Assembly (NCBI GenBank): GCA_964035545.1
Contig: OZ037767.1
Location: forward strand, 23,328,628 to 23,392,627
Length of the DNA stretch: 64,000 nucleotides
Reading direction: 5' to 3'
Source of the DNA: Bugula neritina
Taxonomy: Eukaryota; Animalia; Bryozoa
Both the position numbers and the translations under genes were made by a program. Shown one piece after another: positions 48,728-63,107 of the stretch (the stretch's first letter is position 1; each line of letters starts with the position of its first letter). The notes under the pieces are model-generated. The model ran no database searches. It worked only from the letters and a program-made list of their open reading frames with translations, and was not told the DNA's origin.

Positions 48728-51700
48728 AATTCTGGAAATATGTGTAGTATAAAACAGCTCTCAAGCAATTTCTTCTGTCAAGTATTTCAATAATGGTCCT
48801 AAAGACAAATACAAAACAAGACATATTATATTGTCTCTTCTCATTTAAAGTAATACAACTATTGTTAAGGAAACGCCAAAAAGATAATAGTATACTATGT
48901 TTCCATTGTTTACTTTATTTGACTTTGCCTGCACATTGTTTTAACCAATGGGAACGGTTTCATTCTAATGAAACTTCATCCCTACTGGCTGCAATTGATT
49001 GATAAATCAAGAGTAGGTGAGCTGCTTGTACTACTTTGACTGATTCCAGCATAGCCAAATGATGGCATTACTCAAGGCCTTATATAAGTTAATAGTGGTT
49101 TTTACTTTACATTGCTTAAGCACAAGCTTATGCATCTAGGTATATTCAAACTACAACCAATTGAATGATTTGCTAAAATTAACAGAAAACATGCAGCTTT
49201 GTGATTTCATGTTTAATAGGTTAAATCTAACAATCAATAATATTAAGTGAGTAATGTAGTAACTAAAAATAAACCAATATTGACCACGTTTGCTTGCATT
49301 TATGAGGAGACAATGCCTATTGTGTTCGTTTTGGGTAGAGTTAAAAGTAGCTAGTTCTAAGGAGTTATCATTCCTCAAAGTTATGTTATTAGTATTCAAA
49401 ACTAAGAGAAATAGCCATGTGCTACGGAGACATCACTGAAATTTTAGAGGGATATGCTACCTTAAAAGTTAAGTTGGGTTGTTAGTGCTTATTATCAACA
49501 TTGCAAACCCTATGTCTGATAGTTGGAAAATTTAACCGTTGTTGCATGGCTAAAGAAAAAATTGAGAAGCTAAGCATTTGGTTGAAGAGATGTTGAATAG
49601 TTGTGGCCACATGATGATATACTTCCTTAATACTATAGTTAGTACAACAGTAGTGATGACTAGTAAGAACCGGTGTCTCTATAACTCTGTACTGCCTAAT
49701 AAAACGAAAGCCAGTACTCAATTTACAATGAAGTCACCAAACTTCTCAGAACTTACAATAACAAATAATTTAAAAACCTCATAATATAAGAATATAAAGA
49801 AAAATTCTAGTTTCCCCACAGTGTATTTATACATATCAAAAATTGCATAAAGGGCCTTAGCTCTATGTAGAAGTGGTGGAATTGTAATGCTTTGCACTCT
49901 CAAGATGTGAAAGAAAGGCTAGACAGTAGTTCAGAATTTAAAAAAAAATTAATTATACAAGTATTATTAGTCATCTTTTAATGACTATATTAACTCAATA
50001 CATATTCCAGTACCTATTAAAATGCAAAATCAAATTTCACAAAACGCAAACACTAAAAAACTTCAGGGTTGCTATCTAACATCTCCAACAAATTTTTGAT
50101 GTGTTGATATAGCATATTACCTATCCACATTTAAACTTCTCTACATGGTGCTTGATGTCTGCTGGTTGCACTACAGTGTGGACTTGGATATTCCAACAGA
50201 ATACTGCGAGATTGCCCACTTATTGTCATAGTTTTGTCAAAAGTCTTTGTTGCTTCAACTAACCAATAAGAAACACGTGCAACATTGTTATCATAATCTA
50301 TCGTTGAAATTTGTTCTCAAAAGCCTTCCTGTCATAAATAATTATTTTCAAGAGACGCAATAGTGGAGATAGTGGACTAGTGCAATTATTTAGCCAATTA
50401 GATACCTGAACCACCAGGCGGTGCAAAACTCAGCCAATCACAATCGTGTACCAATTAAATCACGCCGTGATTATATAATTCGTGTAAAACTGAACATATC
50501 AACGCCAAACCGCCAGCCGAGAACCAATGAACTCAATAATAATATCCAGTTCAGTGACTAGATTCTAGAACATTAAAAAGAATTACGATTACATGTGCTG
50601 TCACAGCAGATGTCGATGTACACGCTGATGTATTCAGTTTCACAGTTTAAGGTTTTACATAATTCATAATTCAATTTGTAATTTTAAATAACAGCAAAAC
50701 TACTTTTTATATCATATGTTTTCAACTTTAACTTACGTTTAGTTTTAAGCAGCTGGACGCGCAGGACAAAAAGTGGTAGTAGACGTAGCACAACTTGAAC
50801 TAAGCACTTCGTCTTCTGTCACTATTTTACAGATTCTGCAAAGTGACTTCATTTTCATTTTGTTTTTAAATTTTTAACAAGTTTATAATCATAATCATAA
50901 TGGTAATCATAAATGATAATGATAAAAAATTAAATCACAAGAATAATGATGGTAATATTTGTCATAAGTTGTTGTAATAACTATAAGGTTGAATTTAAAG
51001 GAAACGTAAAACTTTTAAAATTCAAATTTAATAAAAACATGAGATTCAGATTGAGATAAAATTTTTTATTAAAAGTGAAGAAAAACTATAGCCATAGCGA
51101 TAGCCAGGCATAACTCATAAGTCATAAGCCTAAGGTTTACCAACTGACACCCTGATTTAGTAGCTAAGTAAGCATACAATGACTTTTAACAGCAAGTGTA
51201 AGCGATCACTTTATCTAAATATTTAAATTTGTTTTTAACTTGTGCCAAATAATGAATTATATTAATTATCATTATGATTATTTACAGATATCGTTTACTA
51301 CTTTGTTTTCAATAAATTCGTAGCGAATCTAATAAAAGCATTATAGCCTAAGTTTAATGACCATGAGTTTCACTTCGTATGAAGTCCAACATCGCATCTC
51401 AGCCTCGTAGGATATTTTCCGTACTACGTCCACTACTATAATTAAATATCACCTGATTTCATAATAGACTTATAGTCTTACACACATTGATATCATGGTA
51501 TACCGTACTGACTCGATAAAAAATTCACTAACCAGTCCCATGTAAGTTCTCAGTCTATCTCTATGCCCCCATTCACTTCACCACAAATACCAAGTCTAAT
51601 AGTAATAGTGAAATAGTACAATCGCAATGTAGTTATGTAATGTACATTATCATTCTTAATATGGTTTCACTTTCTGGGACCCACCCAGGGTATAAGTACC

Positions 51701-51759
51701 ACTTAGATTGTATGAAATTTATGAAACAGCGTAGTGGATGATGTCAATAATCATACTGA

Positions 51760-52900
51760 TAACTCATACTCAGTCACTGATTCAGTCATTGTGATTGTCA
51801 TAACTTATAATCATAATCAGCAATAATGATATTGATAATCATAATCGTTTATTTATGGTTTAATAAAATTTAAATAGCTATTAAAATTTAAATAAATAAT
51901 TTTAAAAACAAATATGTCCTGTGGGCTGTGATACTCTGATGGTGATAGTCAAACTCAATGTCATAGTCATACTCAATCTCATACTCGTACTCATAGTGAT
52001 AGTCTGTAATACTAATACTGTAATAGTCATAGTAATAGTTGTAGTTATAGGGATAGTCATACTGATGCTCAGTATGAGTATGACCTTGATGCTAGCTGGT
52101 GCTGAGTCTGAAAGTCAAGGTGAAACCCATAGTCATACTGATGATTATAGTTCAATTATAATTATCAGTATGACATTGAGTTTGACTATGAGTATCACCT
52201 TGACTTTTAGATTCAGCATCAGAATCATACTCATACTGAGCATCAGTATGACTATCAATATAACTACAACTATTACTATGAGTATGACTATGACATTGAT
52301 TTAGTAATATTAATATTACAATTAATTATTAATTGTAATATTTATATTAATATTTAATAGTCATAGTAATACTAATAGTAACACTAATGATAATATCAAC
52401 CCAATGACAATAAACATAGTGATGATAATCATAATACGGATACTAATAGTGATACACTAATACTAATACAAGCAATGGTTATGAATCATTGATAGGTATC
52501 ATATTTATTCATATTGCATTTGATTCAGTCATAATCATAATGATAGCCAAAAAATTCCAATTAGTATTACATTTACTATTACTCTATAACCATAAGTCAT
52601 TAACTATTAGAAAATTAACATTACATCTAAAGATTTAAAATTGAATAGTAATACTAATAGCAATAGACATAGTCAACACTCAGTAGTTTAGACTTGAATA
52701 AGTAAATGACTAATAGTTATAGCCTACTATTAGTATTAGTATTACTAACGTCTAATAGGCTACATTATCAACAGTTGTAGTCATGAAATTATATTTGCAG
52801 CATAAAGATAATTATAATGATTCATCATAATCATTATGATAATAAATGATGGTGATAATATAACAATAACCAATTCAGTAAAATATGATATTCACATTAA
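51760..52900. repeat. Cryptically simple, hexamer-periodic low-complexity tract in the probable first (5'UTR) intron of SPTLC2
   Basis: Shuffled agtcat/actcat/agtaat/agtatg/actatg/gataat hexamers. Donor T|GTAAGT at 51541/51542 and acceptor at 54442 bracket it. Confidence 0.7.
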
Positions 52901-54466
52901 TGACTATAGGTTGAGCATTAATGTAGCTGCAAAGTACAAATCAAATTGAATACTAATCTTCAAAATTGGGACAGCTATTTTATTTTTGCTTTGACAATCT
53001 CGATGCTGAATGTTAAATGTAGTTTTAGTTTTACTAGTTTCATTGGACAATGTTGATAAACTATCAGTCTCACTCTATCATTGTTTTAATTTTGAACCTC
53101 GTCATACTCAGAATGTGTATGGTGAGTTTTAAAGTCAAGAGTGATAAGTGGGTATTATTGACTGAAGTCTGCATGCCTATCAGTATAATACTGATACTTA
53201 CCGAATGAGTGTGACTCAAACCCAATCAACGATCACCCACTATGGCTATGAGTTGATGACACTTTATGATTATTAATTATTTGTGTAAACATCAGTATGG
53301 ATTAGAGAGTTATTAGTAACCTTATTCCTCATCAGAATAATGTTATTAAAAACTCACGCAAGTTTATAGTCGCCATCCCTGTATGAAAACCTTGATGCAT
53401 ATGGTTTTTTGTTAAATCGAGCTAAGGACTTATTCAGATGGGGCACAAGAGCAATTATGGCTGGATGCTTTTTCTAACATCATCAATGGCCTTTACTGCG
53501 ATTCAAACCCATGGCTTCGTGCTTACTAAGCCAAACGCTCTAACCCCCTAGACCACAACTGCTCCATTCAAAATAATGTTAATGAAAACCATAAATAAAA
53601 ATGTAGAACATGGTAATAACTATTTAGTCATATAACCATAACCTAGTTTTATCACTTACATGTCCTATCAATTAAAATACTTAAAATTTATTTTTGTTAA
53701 TATTTTAAAATATTGCGTTAAGTATTATCGGTTTGATTTTCATTAAGTGATTTACTAAGAATACTTCAGTTTCATGGATATAAACTTTACCTTTTATTTG
53801 GCTGTCAGCAACTAGAAAATCTATCTTTAGCTATACCAAATTGCTCATACTTTTCTTTATATTGACAGCTCTTTTTTCTAGTTCGTTTTTTTCTATTAAT
53901 ACATGTAATTGCCTGGTATATGACTCAAGTTAACCTCTTCTTCTAGCCATTTTTGTATACTTATTTTCGTGCCTACCACCAAGTGCTTCAAAGTATTGTA
54001 ATGTTGAAATTGTATACGTTGAAATAGATTCTTTTACCGACTTCTTATTTTTCTGTGCATGCTATTGCACAATGAAGCAGTATATAGCTTTATTAGCGCC
54101 TGTCTCCTACTCAATCTTTGTAGAGTCAAGGTTTATCGCTGTCTTTAATTTAGTAAACAAATTGCTTTTTCATAGTGATTAAAGAATAATTGCTAAGAAA
54201 TGAAACTGCATGTGTAGACAATTATTGTTTAATATACTCGCAATTATGAAATTTTGAGCACATGTATACCAATTTTGAGAGGCAGGCCAATATTATTGTT
54301 GATTGATACATTATCATCTGTGCTTTTGTATTACAATAGTTTTATTCAGATAAATGTATTGTTATAAAAATTAGCTAAACTGCCAATCGTGGGCTTAAAA
54401 GTTCCAAATGTTGTGTTTTATAATACAAGTTTTCATTTACAGGACTTGGTTGATGCGCTAGTCATA

Positions 54467-57400
54467 ATGCAGTTGAGGTCTGGTAAAGGTGGCTCTAAGC
54501 TAGCATCAACTGGGGCTCAAGGTGATTTTATAGCTGAGCGTAAAAATGGTATTAAAGAAAATGGGTTTAGTAAACATCATGCCACTCCTTCCAAGGTATT
54601 TCCCTAAAATATGTCGAATAAATTACTTTTATCAGTATGCTTGATAGGGATTATTTTTCAAAGAGGCTGCAATTTAAAACTTAACTTTACTCTTGTTCGT
54701 TTGTCTAAAAGAAACAAACATAATTGGGTGAAAATGAAAGCATAGTTACAGTTATAAATAAGTGAAGTCAAATAAATCAAGTTACGTCTTTTAAGCGTTT
54801 TCCGCAGCTAATGTGTATACCTCTGAAAAATAAGTTTTTTAATGGTTACTCAACAGTAAGAAAGTCAGTTAATTCACTGATGAGCTGTAGTAGGTTTTGT
54901 GTAGAAAATCTCAGCAATCACCCTTAGTTTTATTACCAGGTCATTACAAGAAGACTGTAAGAGCAGTTGTTTTTATATTACATTGAAAAATTAGTAGGAA
55001 TTCATGGTGACAAGAGTATTTCACAGGACATGCCATACTTTGAAACGTAAATTTTATGAAAGACCTTCAAACTTCTAACCATAAAACAAATTATAAACAA
55101 TTTTGTTATCAGCATGAGTTCTCGACTCACCTCTACACAGTTGTTGAGTCGATGTCAACATCCCTTGCTAGTTTACACTCTCTTTCTGTTTTGTAATCTA
55201 AAATTAAGCAATTTGCCATATTGTTTATTCCATTGCAAGCCAAAGACGTTAGAGGAGTTTGAGGAGACGCCCTTGATATTAGCCATCTTTACATACATTG
55301 GCTATGGGCTGTTGGTCTTGTTTGGATATTTAAGAGATTTGACAAGAAGATTTGGCTTAGAAACAACTTTGCAAAGCCAAGAAACACCAAAGAATCATGT
55401 AAGTTTCTGTCAGATGTAGGTTTGAGGGCTATAGATGCATGTTTTAGATACTGCCCTCAACTCTGTTGAAATTCTCTGACTACTTGCTCAAACTGACCAT
55501 CGTAGTAGTTAGAATTGCCAATAAAAGCTGCATCGGTCATGTCAATTTATAGTAGACAAACTTGAAAGCAGAGAATGTCTTTGCGCTTGCTCTTTTTTTA
55601 CTTAGACCCGTCTCATTAATTTATTGGTGCGAAATTTTTTGAGGTGAAAAAAATTGTTTAAATTTGCAAATAATAAGTTCTTTTAATTTATCAAGGTTGC
55701 TTTTGTTATCTGTGAAATAGCTCTCGGCCTAGGAGTTATAACTTTATTGGTTCACGGGATAAATAAAAAAACATAAAATTTATTTGCTTGCTTAGTATGT
55801 CTGTGTACTAGTGACTATTGTGTTATTTTTAAAAAAGGTTATATATTTGTGTTCTGCTTACTGCAGTGAAATAAAGATTTTTTGGCATATATTAATTTTG
55901 ATTCAACCATGTAAAACTGAAAAGTTTTTGTTATTTTGTACCAACTCTTCGTCTCTTTCATTGAAGTGTTTTCAGAACTCCTAGCTGGACGACAAAGTCT
56001 TTTATCTATTAGAGGAGCTTTACTGAAATCATGCCAGTCATTTGGTCTCCACGTTTACCATTTGGTTTTTGTATCACCGTTTGCACATTATTCTAGGGGT
56101 TTGTTCCTCTCTATCAAAGCTTCGAAAGTTTTTATACTCGAAATATTTATCGGCGAATCAGAGATTGTTGGAACAGACCAATCTGCAGTGTGCCGGGCGC
56201 CAAGACAACTCTTGTTAACAGAACGTCCGACGACTTTGGCTGGACTTTTTCGTAAGAATTTAGACTATTAGATGTACTGATGTTTTACCTCTTCCATGCA
56301 CTCTAAGTGTAATTTCTGTGTGTGTTTTGAAATACGTGTAAGAACTTGGCAGATTGGTGATACTTGGTTGTATGTTTTGTTGATCTTGCTGTAAATATAA
56401 TTTGATTTGGCTACTCTACTTTTTATTATAGTCTAGTTTACAAAATGCAAGCGTGCAATAGAATTCTTTCAACCTTGTATTTTGATAGCAGTTGGTGAAT
56501 TTAGTTCTTTGATTGATTCTGCATCTGCTAAGTTCCACAAAAGCAGCTTAACAACACCATCTCATGATGCTTAGCTTATGTACCTTTGTTTCATTTTCTA
56601 GCAATACCGGTACCACAACAGAAGCTTTAAATTTTGGCTCCTACAACTATTTGGGATTTGCTGAGAATTGTGGGCCATGTGCTGATGCTGCCATAGACTC
56701 AATTAGAGAGAATGGTATCGGAGTGGCAAGCAGCAGGCTTGAACTAGGTATGCTATCTCTCCCCATTGTGTGAATATGGCACAGCATTTCTAATTTATGG
56801 AAATTTAGTGTGTAAAGAAAACCACAATTTTGGGCATTCACCTTGGCTGTTATCAACCCTAACATCTATTATTATTATTGTGACATGAAAATTCCAACAA
56901 TCCATGTGCTAGTTTGCTCTTGATTACGTTACATTATGCTATCAGTAGATGAAGTTTTGGTTATTGAAGCTCATTAACTCTTGGTCTGTGTTGCTATAAA
57001 CAAAAACTCCATAAACTATAACTTTGAGCATTTTTAATGTGTTGCTAGTGTACTCCCTGGCTATTATTTATTGAGTACATTCTGGTTGTAGACTGTAAAT
57101 ACGTTCCAATATAAGTAGTTATCTCCCTTTCTCAGGCTCCTCGGCGTTACACAGTCAGTGTGAAGAACTCATTGCGGAGTTCCTAGGTGTAGACTCTTCC
57201 ATCATATTCGGTATGGGGTTTGGCACTAACGCCCTTAACATTCCTGTACTCGGTGGTAAAGGAACTCTGCTCATCAGGTGAGCAATATTTTTCTCTCAAT
57301 AGTTTTCGGTTAACATGTTTGGTCATGTGCAGCCTATGAACTTAGCAAATTTCAACTTCTCTTTTACGGCATTATTCATAGAACATCCTGCCAATTCTCA

Positions 57401-60400
57401 ATATGGCCCAAACTCGTTGGTTTATTTGGAAAATTGTCAGCTAAGTGCAGGTTTTAGTATAACTGTACACGTGTGAACTGTTGATATGTATATTCTTGAT
57501 CATTTAGCTCCATTTACTTTTATGATATAGTAGTAACTACATAAAAGCTGCCCCAATTATTCAATTTATTGACCATCAACCTATCTTATAACTTATTTAG
57601 TTGTTATTCTTAAAAGTATCTTTGACTGATACGTAACCTGCGTATTCCTATATTCAAAGTGACCTCATTATTGGGGTATTATTTGAGTCATTTGATGAAA
57701 GTGAATCAAAAGCAGCAATATATCGTTACTGTGTGTTAGCATATTTCAAACCTAATCTCTACTGAGAAATTATTGTATTCCAGTGATGCCCTAAACCATG
57801 CCTCGCTGGTGTTGGGGGCCAGACTGGCCAACTCAACTATCAAAGTTTTTAAACATAACGATGTGAGGCAGCTGGAGGAGATACTGCGTAACGCCATAGT
57901 CAACGGACAGCCCCGCTCACACAGACCTTGGAAGAAGATCATAATAATTGTGGAAGGGATTTACAGGTAAAGAGAGAGCGCCTAGTCACTTGTGTTCAAA
58001 CTTCTTACATCTGACTTATATCTACCGTTTTCTGTGAGTGGCACAGGTGTTACATTTATACCAGCATTTACTTGGTTAGTTTTGATTTTGCCAATATTTA
58101 TATGTAAGTGTTAATTATACTAAAACAAAAGGCCCATAACACTATTATTGTTGTTGCTATTTGAAGTCATTGCTTAGTGACTGGAACTCTGATTATGTTT
58201 CTAACACCTCAGGGGTTGAAAATCCTCAAGAATCAGGCTTATAGACTGACTATTCGTCAGTGTTCTGTATTTTTGATAAAAAGTGTTTAAACATTAATTC
58301 CTTCAGCAAGTAATGTAAAATTTGTTGTTGAGAAGCAGTTATATATTTGAAAATTGTGGTTCACTTGAGTATTTCTAAAAACATTGCAGTATGGAAGGCT
58401 CAATAGTGAAGCTGCCAGAGATTATCGCGTTGAAGAAGAAGTATAAGGCGTACCTATATTTAGATGAAGCTCACAGTATCGGAGCCCTGGGCCTCACTGG
58501 CAGGGGGGTGGTAGAATATTACGGCTGTAACCCGAAGGATATTGATATCCTCATGGGAACTTTTACCAAGAGCTTTGGTTCTGCAGGCGGATATATTGCT
58601 GGGTCAAAGGTCAGTGGTTCTATAATATATTGCATGGTCTTCATAAAATATACAAAAGAATCTCTTATAATATTACATTATATTATATTATCTTTGTCTT
58701 TTCAGTCTAGTGCTAATAGAACCAATGTTCACTTGACTGAGAGCTATAATTGTGCAATACTTTAGCCGCACCCTCTTACATTGTTTCTCACAACTAACAA
58801 TAAAACGCATTCGTTGAATATTCACAACTGTATCTCTTCCCTTTCTTTTTACTGTTTCTAATTACTCTTGTCGGATAATGACAAACACTCTAATAGTTTA
58901 GGTAATTTGAGAAAAAGTGTAAGTCATCATTTTTATATATATTTTTCATTTCACTTTGAAAATAGGCAGTAAAGCAGCTTGAAGTTTGAGAATTTACATG
59001 ATTTTCTTTAAACTTCTTGCCACAAAATTTATTGCAAATGTTTTCATTCTTCAAGACAAAGTACTGCACTACTAGCTTGCTACAAATGAAAAATTAATTG
59101 AATAAACAAATGTTCAAGATCTATTTTCAATAAACAGAAGCAAGAATTAAGTAGTTAAGTTCTGATAGATTCCAAAAGTAATGAGTTTCATATTTACTTT
59201 ACAGAATTATTGTGCCATTTTTTGAAGTAAATGAAAATGTAATACATCAGTGTAAATAATAACTCGGAATGTAACATACATGCAGAATATTCAATGCAAT
59301 TTTACAGACTGTGTAGATTATAGCCATTACTGTAATAGTGCCCCTTAAAATGTTTAATGTTATGTGAAATTCCCTTTAATAAAGTGATGCTAGCGTAGTA
59401 GCGTTCAATTATCTACAGGATTTTAACAATCATTTGTCATTTTATAGAAGTTGATATCATACTTGAGGAAGAATTCGCACAGCTCAGCTTATGCTACTAG
59501 CGTGTCTCCCCCTCTTATTCAGCAGATCTACACCAGCATGTACATCATCATGGGTAAAGACGGCACAGATGATGGTAAGCATCAAAATTAAAAATATACA
59601 TGTTTATCTGTTGAGCTACTGTGCACTAGTGTGTAGTTATATATTATTACCTTTATTTTCTTGTAGGTAAAAACCGTATTGCGCAGTTAGCCAAGAATGC
59701 CAAGTATTTTAGGCAGAAGTTAAAAGAACTTGGGTTCATTATCTATGGACATGAAGATTCTCCAGTGGTGCCATTGCTGGTCTTCATGCCTGCCAAGATT
59801 GGGTAAGAGTGCTGCTACAATGTTGAATATTAATCTAGGAAATCTAAACGCTAATCCTATGCTAATGGATGTTTCATGAGTAACAGTAAACTGTAGACAG
59901 TAGAGCTGATGATAATGGCACTTACTATCACGTTTTGCTGACAGTATGGTTAAATAATGTAGTAGGGCCTTTGTTTAATTTTTTCAGTATATGATAGCCT
60001 TGGATTTAAGAATATTTTATTTGAGGGGAGTTGTCGTTTCATGTATCATTTTACGGTCTAGCAATCATTTTGAATAAGGATTTGGCAGATTGAAAGAACT
60101 TTTAGCATGTACTAAGAACCTGAGCAGAGTTCTGCTGCTGAATGCCTCTCCTATTTCTAACTGGCTCTCTACAGTTTACACTTGTTTATTTCAGGCTAAA
60201 GTTAGTCACTAGTAATCTATCAGAATACATTTTGTTTGTTTCTAATTCTGAAACATGGTTTCTCACTCTTTTTTCGGTTTGATTGAAGGGCGTTTGGGCG
60301 TGAGACGCTGAAGCGAGGCATAGCGACTGTGGTGGTCGGCTTTCCAGCTACACCCATTATTGAATCCCGAGCTCGGTTCTGTTTGTCGGCTGCCCACACC

Positions 60401-61104
60401 CCACAAATGATAGATGAGGTGAGATCTTCCACACTAACTTGTTTCAGTAAAACGTTGGCAGCAATTACTTAATTAGAGATATTAAAGTAAAACTATAAAA
60501 ACATTTGTACTGGGCAGTTGTGATCCATGCCTAAATGCATTTTCTTCATTTTTTCAACCAATTATTGCTATTGAGGTAAGATTCAACAGTATATAAACTA
60601 GGATTTACTTGTTACTAAGTGTAGCTGTATAGTAAATTAATTTCAATTTGATTTCAAAACATTTTGTGTAATACGAACTCACATAAATATAATATAAAAA
60701 CCATTAATTTATCGGAGCAAACCCCACGGTTGCAATAAAACTTGCATAGTATTGTTAGAATTAAATTTATTCTAAACACCTGTTTGTTATTTGTGTAAAT
60801 AGATGGTTTTAGGAGTTGTATGATCTTTGGAAATTTGGCTGGTTTACACATGTAGCCTCCCCCTTTTTTTACAATTTGAGTTCCAGTTGCGTACTGCATA
60901 TTAAAAGTTAGTTGACAGTCTGACACGACTTTACTAGAGTAGCATGGAAAGGCAGGTGTCAGCTGAGTGGGTGTCATCAACCTCATTGCAATCACTTGGC
61001 ATTCTGTTGTATTATAATACTGTTGGCTTTACTAGGCGCTGCAGACAATCAACGAGGTGGGAGATTTGCTCAAACTGAAGTACAGCAGACGAACTCAGCA
61101 TTAA
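54467..61104 (+). CDS. SPTLC2: Serine palmitoyltransferase 2 (LCB2, PLP-binding subunit), 531 aa
   Basis: Exons 54467-54595, 55240-55398, 56097-56251, 56602-56747, 57136-57277, 57784-57966, 58390-58609, 59448-59574, 59667-59802, 60289-60418, 61036-61104 (1596 nt). [66 protein letters not shown]-lysine motif [31 protein letters not shown]. Confidence 0.96.
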
Positions 61105-63107
61105 TACATATCTCTCTGCCATACAACCTCATATCAACTTCTCAATCACTCAGTTCACAACTATTCAAAGTATCTAAATACATTGAACTACAATAATTGT
61201 TGAAAAAATATTTGTACATTGATAATGAAATCCCTGGAGCTGTATTGTGTTCAATATCTTTTATATAGTTGACTACAGCACATTGGTGTACCCTGTTTTG
61301 TTGCACTTATTGTATTGAACTAGCCAAGGGGCTCATAACCTTTCAATTTCTGATCAATTATTTCCTACTGTTATTTCCTGTTTTTTCAATATTGGCAGTT
61401 ATCTCTAAAGACCAAAGTTTAGAACAATGTTGCATCTTTTGCCTCACTTCCATAATAATTTTCAAGTTTACTGTGCACAATAAATATACATTTGCTATAT
61501 TTATATTCCAGAATAATATGTGTGCGGTTTTGTGGTATTTCTTGTTTTACCTGATAATCTATGAGTGTGCCTTATTTATTCTCCAAGTGTTTTTTGTTAA
61601 ATATCTAAATATGATGTTTTTGTGAAAGCTTTTACTTCGTAAGTCTATGTCTGTCTACTATTTGACCATTTGTGATTTTTGCTTTACAGCTATACCAACT
61701 TTATTGTCTCAAATTAAATTTATTTCTTAAATTCACACGTTATTACTAAACAGGCTACTTACTTCATTTTAAATATTTCTCAGTTACTGAGCAGTTCACA
61801 GAAACAGTATCAAGGATACAAAAGTATACACCAATATACAAATGGTAAGCACAAATATACAGAAGAATACACAAGAATACAGAAGATTTCGAGTATGTAC
61901 TAAATTAAGTAAAATGACCCATTATAAATTTGACTAAATATGGAGATTAAGAATCCTTAAAGCCTTACATAATATAAACACTTTAATACTAGGTGATTAA
62001 CAAATGTTGTGTTTTTGAATAAGATGTACTACTAGTAATAGAGTCTCCGACACGTTACATATATATCTTAGCTTTGCTTTATAATTAATTTTGTGTACAC
62101 AAATCCTGAACAGTGAACTATTTTGGGATTTCGAATCATTTGCCCGTAATTATCAATGATGTGCCGTTGCAGATTTTTAGTCTCTCTACTTTTGGTACAA
62201 GTTTAATTAAAAAAATTAGAAGCATTTTCACACAGAATATATTTGTTTAAGGGTTATCTCCACAGTCAACAATGTTAAAAATAGGATAACTCTACATTTT
62301 TTTTCGAAATTATTCTTCGCCCTACAACTTCGTATTGGGTTTCCCAAATAGATCAAAATCGAAACTGCTTCTTCCCATGAACCTTCACATCATTTTAGTG
62401 AATTTAATTTTACAATTATTGATATTTAATTCCAATTGCAGTAGCACTCACTGAGCCTTGCTAATGGCTATTGTTTAGATGACACATTTTCAGTTTGTAT
62501 TGTATTTCTTGATTGGTGTGTTTAGTGTTGCTAACATGGAATGTCAACGACCGATACTGCTAGTCGTAGTGATAGTCATACTGATACTGATAGTGTTAGT
62601 GATACTCATACTCGTAATCATAGCAGTTGGCGTAGCTCTACGAAAATCTAGCTCTAAATCGAGCACTTACACTATGAATAATAGATATTAAGTTCAACAG
62701 TGGCTGATTAACTTTAGGTGTTTCATTTTGAATTTGGTGAAGTTTTAGTTTTATTTTCAGTATTACTATTATTATAACATTAACTACAACTATAAGTATA
62801 AGTATTTAATTTTGCAATGTACTATTAGGCATTAGCATTTTACTATTGATACTTAGTTTTACAGTTACTATTACACTTTTTAATAGTATTAGTATACTTA
62901 TACTATAGTTATACTAAAAGTAAAATTACAAATGCACCAAAATCGAAATAAAACACTTAGAGTTAGTCTTCCTGTTAGTGTTAGTGTTACTCTTGAAAAG
63001 TTAATCTTTCACTGATAGTAATACTAATAGTAATAGTATTCCTTATACTGTTTGTATTAGGAGTAATAGTCATAGTGTTATAGTTTTCAGATTTAGGGTT
63101 GATATGC

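Noticed and set aside
51921-52304. 127-aa hydrophobic ORF
   Set aside because: Alternating residue pattern is the product of hexamer-periodic low-complexity DNA in a probable intron.
62479-62691. 70-aa ORF as a small membrane protein
   Set aside because: The hydrophobic stretch comes from the same hexamer tract. The first ~22 codons look signal-peptide-like, but no convincing donor or downstream exon was found.
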